From assembly GCF_000250635.1 (NCBI RefSeq), contig NC_016940.1, positions 1,160,995 to 1,224,994 on the forward strand: a stretch of DNA of 64,000 nt. The letters are read 5' to 3'. The translations under genes were made by a program, and so were the position numbers. Source of the stretch: Saprospira grandis str. Lewin. Lineage in GTDB: Bacteria > Bacteroidota > Bacteroidia > Chitinophagales > Saprospiraceae. The notes under the pieces were generated by a model. That model did not search any database and was not told the DNA's origin. It saw only the letters and a list, made by a program, of their open reading frames with translations. Each line of letters starts with the position of its first letter. The first letter of the stretch is position 1. Below are positions 29,129-39,253 of the stretch, in pieces.

Positions 29129-29662
29129 TTAATCAAATCGAGTGGGCTCCGCTTCAGAGAGGAACTTGGGATAATCCTCACGGATAGCCATACGGTCCTC
29201 TTTTTCGAGAGTTTGGTATGGGCGGCCAAAGCGGCGCTGGGCTTCTGACTCCCAAATGGCATTATAGGCAGCTTGTAGTTCGTTGTAGACCCCTAGGTAG
29301 GTAGCATAATCGGTTCCATCATCATTTTGCAGCGAGATCACTGCTGCTTTGGGGTTATCTGACATAGTAGGGTCAGAACCATTGTTGGTGATAAAACGGA
29401 TAGCTTTTTCCTTAAGGCTTTCTACGGGAAAGCCGGGCTCTCCTTCTACAGCAAGCTGATTAGCCCCATTGATGACCACTTCTAGAACGTTACGAGAGTT
29501 TTTATCCTGAGGTTCTGGGGGTTCATCTACCCATTGGGGTAGGGTTACCTGTAGTCCAGAATCTGTTTGAATAGTCGTAGTAACGAGGAAGAAAACCAAA
29601 AGCAGGAAGGCGATATCGGCCATAGAGCCTGCGTTGATTTCTGGGATTTGTCTTTCAGCCAT
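29129..29662 (-). CDS. exbD: biopolymer transport protein ExbD/TolR (second copy)
   Basis: 177 aa; [23 protein letters not shown] segment. Confidence 0.75.
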   Translation of the reverse strand: MAERQIPEINAGSMADIAFLLLVFFLVTTTIQTDSGLQVTLPQWVDEPPEPQDKNSRNVLEVVINGANQLAVEGEPGFPVESLKEKAIRFITNNGSDPTMSDNPKAAVISLQNDDGTDYATYLGVYNELQAAYNAIWESEAQRRFGRPYQTLEKEDRMAIREDYPKFLSEAEPTRFD

Positions 29663-29680
29663 AATTCTTGATTTCTATGA

Positions 29681-30163
29681 TTATGATTTAATGGTATCCC
29701 AAACTGCGGAGAAGACCCAGGCAGCGATACTGAGGAAAATCATGACCACAGCGAATAGGAGGAGGCCATCGACAAAAGCGACATCGCCAGCTTCTAGGTG
29801 GTGGTTATGGTTTCCTTGAAAGACTACCAATTCTTCGGCAGTGGGAGTAGTACCCATTGCTTTAGTGACAAAGAAAACAACCAACATTGCTCCGGCGGTA
29901 GCTAGGAACTTGATTGATTCTTTGATATTGAACGCCATGTAAAGGACGGGGCCTACAATAGCGACAATAGTACAAATAAAAATGAGTAGATAAGTAATAT
30001 TTAGCGCAGGGTTGAAGATTCCTGAAGCATAAAGCGTAGGCCGATCTGCTTCCTCTGGAAAACCTCCAACGATTGCGAAGATAGAGATGAGAGACAATAA
30101 GGCACCTAAAGAGAAGCTAATTGTCACCCCATGCTTTTTCAAAAACTGATATGCACCGTTCAT
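29681..30163 (-). CDS. hypothetical 4-TM membrane protein between exbB and exbD
   Basis: 160 aa, four hydrophobic helices, HNHH motif in loop. Confidence 0.5.
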   Translation of the reverse strand: MNGAYQFLKKHGVTISFSLGALLSLISIFAIVGGFPEEADRPTLYASGIFNPALNITYLLIFICTIVAIVGPVLYMAFNIKESIKFLATAGAMLVVFFVTKAMGTTPTAEELVVFQGNHNHHLEAGDVAFVDGLLLFAVVMIFLSIAAWVFSAVWDTIKS

Positions 30164-30203
30164 AAGGCATTTCTGATTTTTGGATGTGAATGGAGAAAAT
30201 CAA

Positions 30204-31088
30204 TTAGGCTTCTTTGCCATTATTGTTATAGCCGTTATCTAGGAGGATGTCAATCATAGAGATTGTAGCATCTTCCATTTTGTTAGATAGAGAGTCTACT
30301 TTGTTGGTAATCAAGTTGTAGAAAATCTGAAGGATAATCGCTGTGATCAGACCGAATACGGTAGTCAAAAGGGCTACTTTAATACCACCTGCTACATCAG
30401 AGGGGCGGATATCACCGGCGGCTTCGATCGCATCAAAGGCCGAGATCATACCGATTACCGTACCCATAAAGCCCAACATGGGAGCGAGAGCGATAAATAG
30501 TGCCAACCAAACCAAACCTTTTTCTAGAAGGCCCATTTGTACGCTACCGTTAGAAACGATGGCTTTTTCTACAGCGTCTAGGCCGTTATCTACGCGGCGG
30601 AGGCCTTCTCCGAGTACTTCGGCGGTGGGGCCAGGAGTAGCTTTGCAAAGCTCGTGAGCACCAGAAATATCGTTGGCGCGAACATGGTCCTCAATTTTGG
30701 TCAACAACTTTTTGGTGTTAATAGTGGCCAAGCTAAGCGTGATGATACGCTCAATAGCTACAGCCAAACCAAGGATCAAACAAACCAATACGAAGGTCAT
30801 GAATTCCCAACCTCCATCAATATAGTATTTCTTAATTTGCTGGTAGAAAGTTACTTTTTCTGTTTCAGCATCTGCGGTTTCTACATCAGCGCCAGATTCT
30901 TCTTCAGGGGCGGCTTCTGGAGTTTCTTCAGGAGTAGCAGCGGGATCAGTTCCCTCTTCTGCAGTTCCTTCTTCTACTTGTTCAGTAGGCTCGCCGTTAT
31001 CAGCGGGAGGATCTTGGGCATAAAGCGCCGTGGTTGAAATCGTTGCTCCCAAAACAAGCACAAGCAACAAAGCAAACAATCTTTTCAT
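30204..31088 (-). CDS. exbB: MotA/TolQ/ExbB proton-channel protein with acidic N-terminal extension
   Basis: signal peptide, Glu/Pro/Thr-rich linker, then 3-TM MotA/ExbB core (..LAPMLGFMGTVIGMISAF..). Confidence 0.8.
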   Translation of the reverse strand: MKRLFALLLVLVLGATISTTALYAQDPPADNGEPTEQVEEGTAEEGTDPAATPEETPEAAPEEESGADVETADAETEKVTFYQQIKKYYIDGGWEFMTFVLVCLILGLAVAIERIITLSLATINTKKLLTKIEDHVRANDISGAHELCKATPGPTAEVLGEGLRRVDNGLDAVEKAIVSNGSVQMGLLEKGLVWLALFIALAPMLGFMGTVIGMISAFDAIEAAGDIRPSDVAGGIKVALLTTVFGLITAIILQIFYNLITNKVDSLSNKMEDATISMIDILLDNGYNNNGKEA

Positions 31089-31234
31089 AATAGATGTGCG
31101 ATTTAACAGTTTTTCGGAAAATTACTTTTCGTCTTTACCAAGAAGCAAGAAATCACTTCTTAGAAAGCAGCTTTAAAGTTAAAGTGTAGTTGAAAATTTG
31201 AGCGCCTAAATTACTTCAGGCGCTCGGGAATTAG

Positions 31235-31321
31235 CGGAGAGAGCGGGATTCGAACCCGCGGTACCCGTAAAGGCACACACGCTTTCCAGGCGTGCCCGTT
31301 CGACCGCTCCGGCACCTCTCC
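31235..31321 (-). tRNA. tRNA-Ser (GGA)
   Basis: cloverleaf on minus strand: ggagagg acceptor, GGTTCGAATCC T-loop, anticodon loop cTGGAaa, long variable arm. Confidence 0.9.
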
Positions 31322-31589
31322 TGTTCTTTCCTCTGCCCTCGGGGCTTTCGGAACCGCACAAAATTTGTAAAATAAAGTTATAAAACAAAATTTTTTTTAA
31401 GCCTAAATTAACAAGCGCCTTTTTTTAGCTTTCATTTTGCTTTATTTCCTTCATTTTCAGGAGCCGCCTAATTTCCTCTTATCCTTAGCCTTTTGGGCCA
31501 ATATTTGTTTTATAGACGCCTCTTTTTCAAAAAGGGGTGTGCGCCCCCTCTTTTTTTTCTAAAAAAACTGATTTGGAGTAGCTCCTTGC

Positions 31590-31750
31590 GTTTAGGGAGG
31601 GCCGAAGGCCCGACGGCTGAGGGATGGAAAAGGGGGGCCGAAGGCCAGACCAAGCAAAACGAGCGCTAGCGAAGTTTTGCGAAGGGCCGAGCAGACTTGC
31701 GAGCCCTGACACAGCCCGACCCGACCAAAGGGAGGGGCAGCCCCAAAACA
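31590..31750. repeat. REP-like mosaic element (reverse)
   Basis: ggctgagggatggaa..gaagggccgagcagacttgcgagccctgacacagcccgacccgacc..ggggcagcccc. Confidence 0.85.
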
Positions 31751-31776
31751 AAAACGACCTACTCCAAATCATCATC

Positions 31777-32871
31777 TTAAAGGGTTCCTCTTAGCTCTTG
31801 CTCCCGCTCGATGGCTTCAAACAAGGCCTTGAAGTTTCCTTTGCCAAAAGATTGGGCGCCACAACGCTGAATGATTTCATAGAAAACGGTGGGGCGATCC
31901 TGTACCGGCTTGGTAAAAATCTGTAGCAAATAGCCATCTTCATCTCGGTCGATCAAAATATTGAGTTTTTTCAACTCTTCCAAATCCTCTTCAATTTTGC
32001 CTACCCGATCCAAGACCGTATCATAGTAGTTGTCGGGCACATAAAGGAAGTCTACCCCATTGGCTCTCAACTGACTAACGGTCTCGATGATATTATCGGT
32101 AGCCACGGCAATATGTTGTACACCGCCGCCCTGATAAAAGTCAATATACTCCTCAATTTGCGACTTCTTACGGCCTTCGGCGGGTTCGTTAATGGGAAAC
32201 TTCACATAGCCGTTTCCATTAGATACCACCTTGCTCATCAGGGCTGTATATTCGGTAGAAATATCATTATCATCAAAGGTAATCAGGAGGTTAAAGCCCA
32301 TCACTTTTTGGTAGTATTCTACCCATTTATTCATCTCGCCCCAACCGACATTGCCCACGCAATGGTCAATATATTTTAGGCCAACTGGCTGGATTTTCAT
32401 AGGGCTTTCTTTGGCCATATAGCCCGGCATAAATGCGCCCTTATAATTTTTGCGCTCGACAAAAGTGTGCACGGTTTCGCCATAAGTATAAATACCGGCC
32501 AGCTTCACTTCTCCATCTTCATCGCTCAAGGTTTTAGGCTCAAAAGCCGATTTTGCCCCTCTTTCTAGGGCCACTTTATAGGCATTTTCTGCATCATCTA
32601 CCCAAAGGGCCAAGGTTTTTACCCCATCGCCATGCTTTTTCACATGCTCCGCCACGGGATGATCGGGCACTAGAGCCGAAGTTAAAAGCAAGCGGATTTT
32701 GCCCTGCTCCAATACATAGGTACAAAGCTCCTTATCGCCAGTCTCCAAACCTCTATAAGCTACCAACTTATAGCCAAAAGCCGTTTGATAATAGTGGGCC
32801 GATTGCTTGGCATTTCCCACATAAAACTCCACATGATCGGTCCCCAATAGGGGCATTGCATCTTGGTTCAT
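31777..32871 (-). CDS. hppD: 4-hydroxyphenylpyruvate dioxygenase
   Basis: 364 aa; two VOC domains; GGVQHIAVATDNI and FYEIIQR motifs. Confidence 0.85.
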   Translation of the reverse strand: MNQDAMPLLGTDHVEFYVGNAKQSAHYYQTAFGYKLVAYRGLETGDKELCTYVLEQGKIRLLLTSALVPDHPVAEHVKKHGDGVKTLALWVDDAENAYKVALERGAKSAFEPKTLSDEDGEVKLAGIYTYGETVHTFVERKNYKGAFMPGYMAKESPMKIQPVGLKYIDHCVGNVGWGEMNKWVEYYQKVMGFNLLITFDDNDISTEYTALMSKVVSNGNGYVKFPINEPAEGRKKSQIEEYIDFYQGGGVQHIAVATDNIIETVSQLRANGVDFLYVPDNYYDTVLDRVGKIEEDLEELKKLNILIDRDEDGYLLQIFTKPVQDRPTVFYEIIQRCGAQSFGKGNFKALFEAIEREQELRGTL

Positions 32872-32944
32872 GTTACTGTTTTTTTTAACGTATTTAGATG
32901 ATCTTGCTGTTCAGCGCCTAAACTTAAGGAATTTTTAGCGCTTT

Positions 32945-33185
32945 TTACTGTTTTTTGGGGCTGCCCCTTCCGCCGGGTTAAAACCCAGCGCAAAGCGGCA
33001 TCGCTTTGCGAGCTTATACAAAATGAGGGTTAAAACCCTCATGAATTATCGGCCGGGTCGGGCTGTGTCGTGGCTCGCAGGTCTGCTCGGCCCTGCGGGG
33101 CTTTCGCTTCGCTTCAGCCCCTGGGTCTGCGGCTTCGCCGCACCACTTTCCATCCCTCAGCCTGCGGCCCTTCGGGCCTGTAGGA
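32945..33185. repeat. REP-like mosaic element (forward) with ~80-bp internal insertion
   Basis: ttggggctgcccc..[insert gggttaaaaccc..gagggttaaaaccctc]..cgggtcgggctgtgtcgtggctcgcaggtctgctcggccctgc..ttccatccctcagcc. Confidence 0.8.
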
Positions 33186-33186
33186 C

Positions 33187-34842
33187 CTAAAAATCTTGCC
33201 CTCGCTCTAGCATATTCCAACGCAAGCCTAGGCGGCCCCAAAGCGCCTGCGGGCTTTCTATTAGGCCCGTTATCTTTTCTTGGCGGAAAGATAGGCCCAG
33301 GTCTACAAATAAATTGTGGCGCAGCTGATAACTGCCCAATAGGTCCAGATACAATAAATGAGTGGCCAGCCCCTGCCCTATTTGGTTGCCATACTCCTGT
33401 TCTCTTGTAATATAAGAAAGGTGGATATTGCTGCCCCAATTGCTGCCGCTGCTATCCTGCCCATAAAAGGCATAGGTACATTGGGCCCGAAGCTGTAGTT
33501 TGGGCATTGGCTGATAGCGAATAATGGCCAAAAACTCTCTAAAGTTGGCCCCTAGCGGATGGGCCAAAGGCTGATTATAATGCGTATAACTAGCCGAGCT
33601 ATCTCTAAAGGTATAGGTATAGGGACGAACCGTATTAAACTCCAATTGCAGATCTAGATGATTGATATTGGCTACATTTCGGTATTTGAGGCCCAATTGC
33701 AGGCCTTGTTTGTTGGCCCACCAGCCGCCATTGGCCGCAGAGGGCGAACGGAAGACCTCTGAAAACACAAACTCATCAATGACCACTTGTCCATAAAAGG
33801 CAAAGCGCCGCAGAAAATCCCAGCGGAAATTTAGGCCCAGCATAGCATTATCTGGGCTGCCTAGGCCTTGCTCTACTGCCCGATAAAAAATAAGGGGATT
33901 GAGATATTGCAATTCAAAACCTTGCTCTCGACCGAAAACGATGGCCTCAAACAAGCCAATTTGTAGGTTTTTGCTCAGTTTGAGGTCCAGATAATGCGCT
34001 GCCAAATACTTTTTGGGATAGAGCCCATTGGCTACGGGTGCATGATCCTGCGTCAATTCCGCAAAGATATTGCGGTAATGAAAGCGCCAAATGCGAGTAT
34101 CTAATTGCAGATAAAAATAATTGTTTGAGAAATCGGACAAGAGCAAAGAGCGGTGCCCATCGCCAATAAAATGGCGGCCATGGCCCAAGCGGGCCGAGAT
34201 ATAGGGCATAATCTGAAAGCCAATATGTCCTTGGGCCAATAGATAATCTACCCCATCTTCTGGGGCATCGGTCAGTTGGCTATCATAGACCTTATAAAAG
34301 CCCGCTCTGGGCACCGCCCCAAACTGGCTAATTCGGTTTTGGATATGGCGGGGAAAAGCTGCCTGATTTTCGGTAAGGGTTGTCGAGAAAAACAAACGTT
34401 TAGCAATATCCCCCTCTAGGCGCAAGCCTCTGCGGTTGAGGAAAAGCAGGTTTTGGCTTCCATCTTCTAGGCGCTCCCCTCCTGCTTGCAGATGCAATAA
34501 AGGATTGACCGAAAAATAGAAATCGCCAGTTTGCAAGGCATATAGATTGGCCTTTTGTCTGTAAAAATGCGACCAAAAACTTTTGGGCGCGGGGGCCAGG
34601 CTATCCCAAAGGGCATTATCGGTTAAAAGATAGCTAGAGTCTGGACTTTGGCTGGCCAGCTTGCGCAGATCGCTGCGCAAAAAGGGCCGCAGGCTCGTAT
34701 GCGCGCCTTCTAATTGTGGAGCAAGGGTCTGTGCTCGGTCCAAATAATCATCAGCAGGGCCCTGCAGGGGGCTATATTGGCTAGTTTGGGCCCAAACACT
34801 GGCCGAAAGCAGCAAGGGCAGAAAATAAATGAGCGTTTTCAT
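33187..34842 (-). CDS. hypothetical outer-membrane beta-barrel protein
   Basis: 551 aa; signal peptide MKTLIYFLPLLLSASVWAQ; Tyr/Gly/Asn-rich alternating pattern. Confidence 0.55.
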   Translation of the reverse strand: MKTLIYFLPLLLSASVWAQTSQYSPLQGPADDYLDRAQTLAPQLEGAHTSLRPFLRSDLRKLASQSPDSSYLLTDNALWDSLAPAPKSFWSHFYRQKANLYALQTGDFYFSVNPLLHLQAGGERLEDGSQNLLFLNRRGLRLEGDIAKRLFFSTTLTENQAAFPRHIQNRISQFGAVPRAGFYKVYDSQLTDAPEDGVDYLLAQGHIGFQIMPYISARLGHGRHFIGDGHRSLLLSDFSNNYFYLQLDTRIWRFHYRNIFAELTQDHAPVANGLYPKKYLAAHYLDLKLSKNLQIGLFEAIVFGREQGFELQYLNPLIFYRAVEQGLGSPDNAMLGLNFRWDFLRRFAFYGQVVIDEFVFSEVFRSPSAANGGWWANKQGLQLGLKYRNVANINHLDLQLEFNTVRPYTYTFRDSSASYTHYNQPLAHPLGANFREFLAIIRYQPMPKLQLRAQCTYAFYGQDSSGSNWGSNIHLSYITREQEYGNQIGQGLATHLLYLDLLGSYQLRHNLFVDLGLSFRQEKITGLIESPQALWGRLGLRWNMLERGQDF

Positions 34843-34851
34843 GAAAACGAA

Positions 34852-35475
34852 TTAGAGCGTAAAGATAGCCCGCAGGCTAAACATATAGGGATTGAAATAA
34901 GTATCCTTTCGGATATTCATGGGGGCTCTTTGCCAGCGAACATTGAGGCCCCAATTTTTGGTAAAATAAAAGGTCAGGTCGGCCACAATCATGACATAAT
35001 CCTTGCGAAAATTATCAATTACTGCGGGATCATCCTGCCCATTTACTTCTACGGTGGCATTGAGGATACGATTATAGGAAAGCCCCGCCCCAAACTGCAT
35101 GCGGTGGTAGCTATCCTTGCCATCTTCTGTGGAAATTTCCCAATCTTTGAGTAAGATAAGGACGGGCACCTCTATATTATTAAGGTGTAGATAAAAATTG
35201 CGAGGCGCTCCCTGAAGAGAGGGAGACTGGCTGCCTTGCTGAGAAAAAAGAATCTCTACCCCTAGGTCCCAAATGGGCGCCAAACGGGCCGTTCCTCTGG
35301 CGCCAAGATTTAGGCCGGGCTTGGTATAGCCTGCGGCATCATCGCCATCTATTTGGGCCATATTTATTCCAGCAATAATACTAGCCGAAAAGCGATTCTG
35401 ATAATCTGAAGATTGGGCCTGAAGCTGTAGTGCTCCAATCCATAAGGCAAGAAAGCATAAGATATTAAGTCGCAT
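34852..35475 (-). CDS. small outer-membrane beta-barrel (porin-like) protein
   Basis: 207 aa; signal peptide; amphipathic strands; C-terminal aromatic ..RAIFTL. Confidence 0.55.
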   Translation of the reverse strand: MRLNILCFLALWIGALQLQAQSSDYQNRFSASIIAGINMAQIDGDDAAGYTKPGLNLGARGTARLAPIWDLGVEILFSQQGSQSPSLQGAPRNFYLHLNNIEVPVLILLKDWEISTEDGKDSYHRMQFGAGLSYNRILNATVEVNGQDDPAVIDNFRKDYVMIVADLTFYFTKNWGLNVRWQRAPMNIRKDTYFNPYMFSLRAIFTL

Positions 35476-35649
35476 AGTAAATATTTTAGCGTGAAAGCCT
35501 CAAAATACTGCGCTTTTAGGGGATTGGGAAGGCGGGGGCTGTTTTTTATCCCTTAAACTCTGGCTGGGACTATTTAAAATTTTGGGTCTGCCCTTTCCTG
35601 CGCCTAGGGACAAGCCCCTAGGCTAGCTTTTCAGACAGCCCTCTAAAGA

Positions 35650-35800
35650 GGGCCTTTGGATAAAGCTAGCTGCAGCCTAAAGGCCGCAGCCAATCTTGTT
35701 GGGCCATCATCTTGCTCGCCGCAGGAGCTTAAAAGCCCCTGCTTTTTTAGGGTTGAGCAAATTAGGTTTTGTTTTCAGGTCCTGCGGGTTTTAAGCTGCA
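35650..35800. repeat. second repeat family (~145 bp), copy 1, forward, abutting a REP element
   Basis: gcagcctaaaggccgcagccaatc..ggccatcat..ctcgccgcaggagcttaaaagcccctgc..ttttcaggtcctgcgggttttaagctgcag matches reverse complement of 48457-48600. Confidence 0.75.
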
Positions 35801-35821
35801 GATCTATATATACATCCTACA

Positions 35822-35960
35822 GGCCCGAAGGGCCGCAGGCCTAGCGATGTGGAGGGGTGGCCGAAGGCCAGACCGAGGAGCGGAGCGACGAAGGGCCGAG
35901 CAGACCTGCGAGCCCCGCAACGTAGCGCCGCAAGGCGAAGCCGCAGCGGAGGCCCCAAAG
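35822..35960. repeat. REP-like mosaic element (reverse)
   Basis: gaagggccgagcagacctgcgagccccgcaacgtagcgccgcaaggcgaagccgcagcggaggcccc. Confidence 0.8.
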
Positions 35961-36012
35961 CATCCCAATAAACACAAAAAAAAAGCTGAATAACTCTAAA
36001 GTTATTCAGCTT

Positions 36013-36089
36013 TTGGTCGGGATGACTGGACTTGAACCAGCGACCACTCGCCCCCCAGACGAGTACTCTACCAACTGAGCTACATCCCG
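36013..36089 (-). tRNA. tRNA-Pro (GGG), CCA encoded
   Basis: minus-strand cloverleaf: cgggatg acceptor, tagctcagttggtagag D-arm, anticodon stem ctcgt/gcgag with loop cTGGGgg, GGTTCAAGTCC T-loop. Confidence 0.85.
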
Positions 36090-36169
36090 ATTCGCTAGTA
36101 GCGTTGTTGTTTGTGGTCACAAATATAGGGCAATATTTTTTAGATCCAAACTTCTAGCGATTATTTTTT

Positions 36170-37348
36170 CTAATTTCCTCCAAAAACATCTCGGAGACGG
36201 TCCAAAAAGCCCTTTCTACCGCCTTTTTCCTTGGCATTGGGAATGAAATTTTTGCTGTCGCGCATTTTTTCTAAAGCACGGCGCTCATCCGAAGACACAT
36301 TTTTAGGCACCCAAACCTTAACATGAATGAGCTGATCGCCCTGGCCATATCCTCTTAGAGAAGGAAGGCCCTTGCCTCTTAGACGGAAGACCTTGCCGCC
36401 CTCGGTGCCCGCAGGTAGCGTCACCTTGACCTTGCCCGTTAGGGTGGGGACCTCCACGGCGGTACCTAGGACCAAATCAGCAAAGTTGACGTCTAGCTCA
36501 TAATGAATATTATTGCCATCTCGAGCAAAGAGCTCATGCTCCTTTTCTTGGATATTGATGAGCAGATCGCCCGCAGGACCACCATTCATGCCCGCATTTC
36601 CTTTGCCATGCATAGAAAGCTGTAGGCCTTCCGATACCCCAGCAGGGATCTCAATCTCTAGGGTTTCTTCGCCATAAGTACGGCCCTCGCCTCCACAGCT
36701 GCCGCATTTGCTCGTAATGCTTTTTCCAGAGCCATTACATTGGGGACAAGCCACGGTGGTTTGCATTTGGCCCAAAAAGGTGTTTTGCACCCGACGCACA
36801 TAGCCGCTGCCATTACAAGTACCACAGGTCTTGATTGAACTGCTATCTTTGGCTCCAGAACCGCCACAGCTAGCGCAATTGACGTACTTCTTAACCTTAA
36901 TCTTCTTTTTGGCGCCCTTGGCAATTTCTTCTAAGGTTAGGCCAACCCGAATACGAAGATTAGAGCCCTTTTGGCCACCTGCAGCCCTACGGCCACGGCC
37001 CCCTTGCTGCTGACCAAAGAAGTCGAAACCTCCTCCTCCGCCACCACCAAAGATGTCGCTAAACTGAGAGAAAATATCTTCCATAGAGAAGCCGCCTGCA
37101 CCGCCAGGTCCAGCGCCCTGATTCACGCCAGCATGCCCATAACGGTCATAAGCTGCCCGCTTTTGGTCATCATTGAGCACCTCATAGGCTTCGGCTGCCT
37201 CCTTAAATTTTTCTTCTGCCTCGGGGTTATCGGGGTTGCGGTCTGGGTGGTACTTCATGGCCACCTTGCGGTAGGCCTTTTTGAGTTGCGCCTTTTCCAC
37301 ATTCCGATCTACGCCCAACACTTCATAATAATCTCTTTTCTGCGCCAT
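36170..37348 (-). CDS. dnaJ: molecular chaperone DnaJ
   Basis: J-domain [13 protein letters not shown], Gly/Phe-rich linker, four CxxCxGxG zinc-finger repeats, C-terminal substrate domains. Confidence 0.95.
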   Translation of the reverse strand: MAQKRDYYEVLGVDRNVEKAQLKKAYRKVAMKYHPDRNPDNPEAEEKFKEAAEAYEVLNDDQKRAAYDRYGHAGVNQGAGPGGAGGFSMEDIFSQFSDIFGGGGGGGFDFFGQQQGGRGRRAAGGQKGSNLRIRVGLTLEEIAKGAKKKIKVKKYVNCASCGGSGAKDSSSIKTCGTCNGSGYVRRVQNTFLGQMQTTVACPQCNGSGKSITSKCGSCGGEGRTYGEETLEIEIPAGVSEGLQLSMHGKGNAGMNGGPAGDLLINIQEKEHELFARDGNNIHYELDVNFADLVLGTAVEVPTLTGKVKVTLPAGTEGGKVFRLRGKGLPSLRGYGQGDQLIHVKVWVPKNVSSDERRALEKMRDSKNFIPNAKEKGGRKGFLDRLRDVFGGN

Positions 37349-37366
37349 GACTCTTTATCTTCTTTT

Positions 37367-37924
37367 TTATTGGCCCACTACAACCTTAGCGTAGCGGATG
37401 ATTTTTTCATTCAAAATGTATCCTTTTTCCACGGTATCAATCACCTTGCCCTTGAGCTCTTCTGTGGGAGCGGGTACCTTGGTGAGGGCCTCATGAAAAT
37501 CGGGATCAAAGGCTTGGCCAGTAGATTCCATTTCTTCCAATCCTTTTTGGGCCAAAGCTTTTTTCATTTTTTCATAGATGAGCATAATGCCATCATCTAG
37601 CTCTTGGCCAGCTTTTACCGCCCGATCAAAATCATCGAGTACGGGCAAAAGCGACTTAATCGTATCGGCCGCAGCAGTTTGGATCAGCTGCAGTTTTTCT
37701 CTGGCATTGCGCTTTCTAAAGTTGTCAAATTCAGCATAAATACGCAGGTATTTATCCTTCATTTCGGCCAGTTCTTGGGCCAATCTTTCTTTTTCGTCTT
37801 TGGGAGCTGCCGTTTCCTTCACGGTCTCCTCTTCCTGAGTTTGTGCATCTGCTTGCAACTGCTCTTCTTGCTGCTGTTGCTCCTCCTGAGGATCTAGTTG
37901 TTCCTCCTGCTTCTTTTCTTCCAT
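37367..37924 (-). CDS. grpE: nucleotide exchange factor GrpE
   Basis: 185 aa; acidic N-terminus; LRIYAEFDNFRKRNAREK GrpE signature; 18 bp upstream of dnaJ. Confidence 0.9.
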   Translation of the reverse strand: MEEKKQEEQLDPQEEQQQQEEQLQADAQTQEEETVKETAAPKDEKERLAQELAEMKDKYLRIYAEFDNFRKRNAREKLQLIQTAAADTIKSLLPVLDDFDRAVKAGQELDDGIMLIYEKMKKALAQKGLEEMESTGQAFDPDFHEALTKVPAPTEELKGKVIDTVEKGYILNEKIIRYAKVVVGQ

Positions 37925-38032
37925 GATAATATATATATAGTATGACGGTGTTTAAACGATTTCACTTTGGCCCTTGTCAAGTTTTTTGCCAGCCGCAAGA
38001 TAAAGACATCTTGTCAGTTTTTTCTTGCTTTT

Positions 38033-38060
38033 TGGCAGTTTGTCAGTTTAGCCTGACAGG
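38033..38060. promoter_or_regulatory. candidate heat-shock operator: TGGCAGTTTGTCAG plus inverted repeat TGTCAG-N6-CTGACA upstream of grpE-dnaJ
   Basis: 14-mer TGGCAGyTTGTCAG also present upstream of dnaK (42284-42297); additional cttgtcaag at 37973 and cttgtcag at 38010. Confidence 0.35.
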
Positions 38061-38094
38061 CCGAGGGGGAGCCATTATTTTTTTGTTGATTTTT

Positions 38095-38415
38095 TTGGGG
38101 CCTCCGCAGCAAAGCTGCGGCGCTACGTTTCGGGGCTCGCAGGTCTGCTCGGCCCTGCGGCCTGACGGCCTTGGTCTGCGGCTTCGCCGCCCCCCTACAC
38201 ATCGCTAGGCCATGAACGAGCGCAGCCAGCTGCGCCCAGCAGGCGGCAAAGCCGCCGCAAAGGCGCGAAGCGCCTCGGCTGAGGGATGGATAGGGGGGCC
38301 CGCAGGGCCAGACCCAAGTTTTTTGAAGCGAAGCGAAAAAAACTGCAGGGCCGAGCAGACCTGCGAGCCCGGCACAGCCCGACCCAAGGCCGTAGGCCGC
38401 AGGGGCAGCCCCAAA
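38095..38415. repeat. inverted pair of REP-like elements
   Basis: forward partial copy 38095-38200 (gctcgcaggtctgctcggccctgc) and reverse full copy 38205-38415 (ggctgagggatgga..gcagggccgagcagacctgcgagccc..ggggcagcccc). Confidence 0.85.
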
Positions 38416-38504
38416 TAAAACTTCTTCAATTCCTGTTAAAGCCCTAAGTTTGTCCCCTCCTATTTAGATCAAGAGTGAGCAACTCATTTTAAAAAAAACA
38501 AACT

Positions 38505-39119
38505 ATGCGTTTATTTCAAATCGGGCTATTTTTGGCCCTCTTTTCTGGTATTTTCCTTTTTTCTTGCCAAGATAATGCCCCTCAACAAAGCGAGGGCGAA
38601 GCAACCGTAGCCGCCGATAGCAGCCAAGAAGGAAGCAGCGCCTCGCCTAGCCCCTTGAGCCCTGAAGAGCAATTGGCTAAGATGGAGCCCGCCGCCCAAG
38701 CCGAAATGGCCAAGCTCAATGAAACGGCCTGCGCTTGCCTGCAAGAACATGCCGAGGCCATCACTAATTTTACCGATAAGGCCCTGCCCGCTATTGCCGA
38801 AGCCAAAGAAAAAGGAGGCGTTAGCCTAATGGAAGTTCTGGGGCCCTTGATGCCCGATATGCGCAAGATGAAAGGCTATCGCGAATGTGGCAGCCAGGCA
38901 GATAGTAGCATCAATCAAAACCTAATTGATGAGGCCATGGCCAAAATTTTGGGCGAAAACATGGACCCCAAAGCCGCTAGCGAAAGCAAAATAGCCATTA
39001 TGAACGCCCAACTTAAACAAAACTGTCCCGATGGTTTTGCCATTCAGGAAAAAATTACCGCCTTTGCCGAGGCTGGCCAAAGCTTGCAAGGAGATCAGCC
39101 CGCTGCCCCTCATAAATAG
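38505..39119 (+). CDS. hypothetical lipoprotein
   Basis: lipobox ..IFLFSCQDN; Ala/Glu-rich; no domain. Confidence 0.55.
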   Translation: MRLFQIGLFLALFSGIFLFSCQDNAPQQSEGEATVAADSSQEGSSASPSPLSPEEQLAKMEPAAQAEMAKLNETACACLQEHAEAITNFTDKALPAIAEAKEKGGVSLMEVLGPLMPDMRKMKGYRECGSQADSSINQNLIDEAMAKILGENMDPKAASESKIAIMNAQLKQNCPDGFAIQEKITAFAEAGQSLQGDQPAAPHK

Positions 39120-39253
39120 GCACTGTCCCGTCCTGAAAAACTGATACAGAATTTAAAGCAATAAAATTCTGATTAAATACGGGTGAAAAGTTATTCTGGA
39201 AGATTTTGACCTCCTTCAAAAAGGTCAAAAAATCTTACGGAAATAACTTGTTG

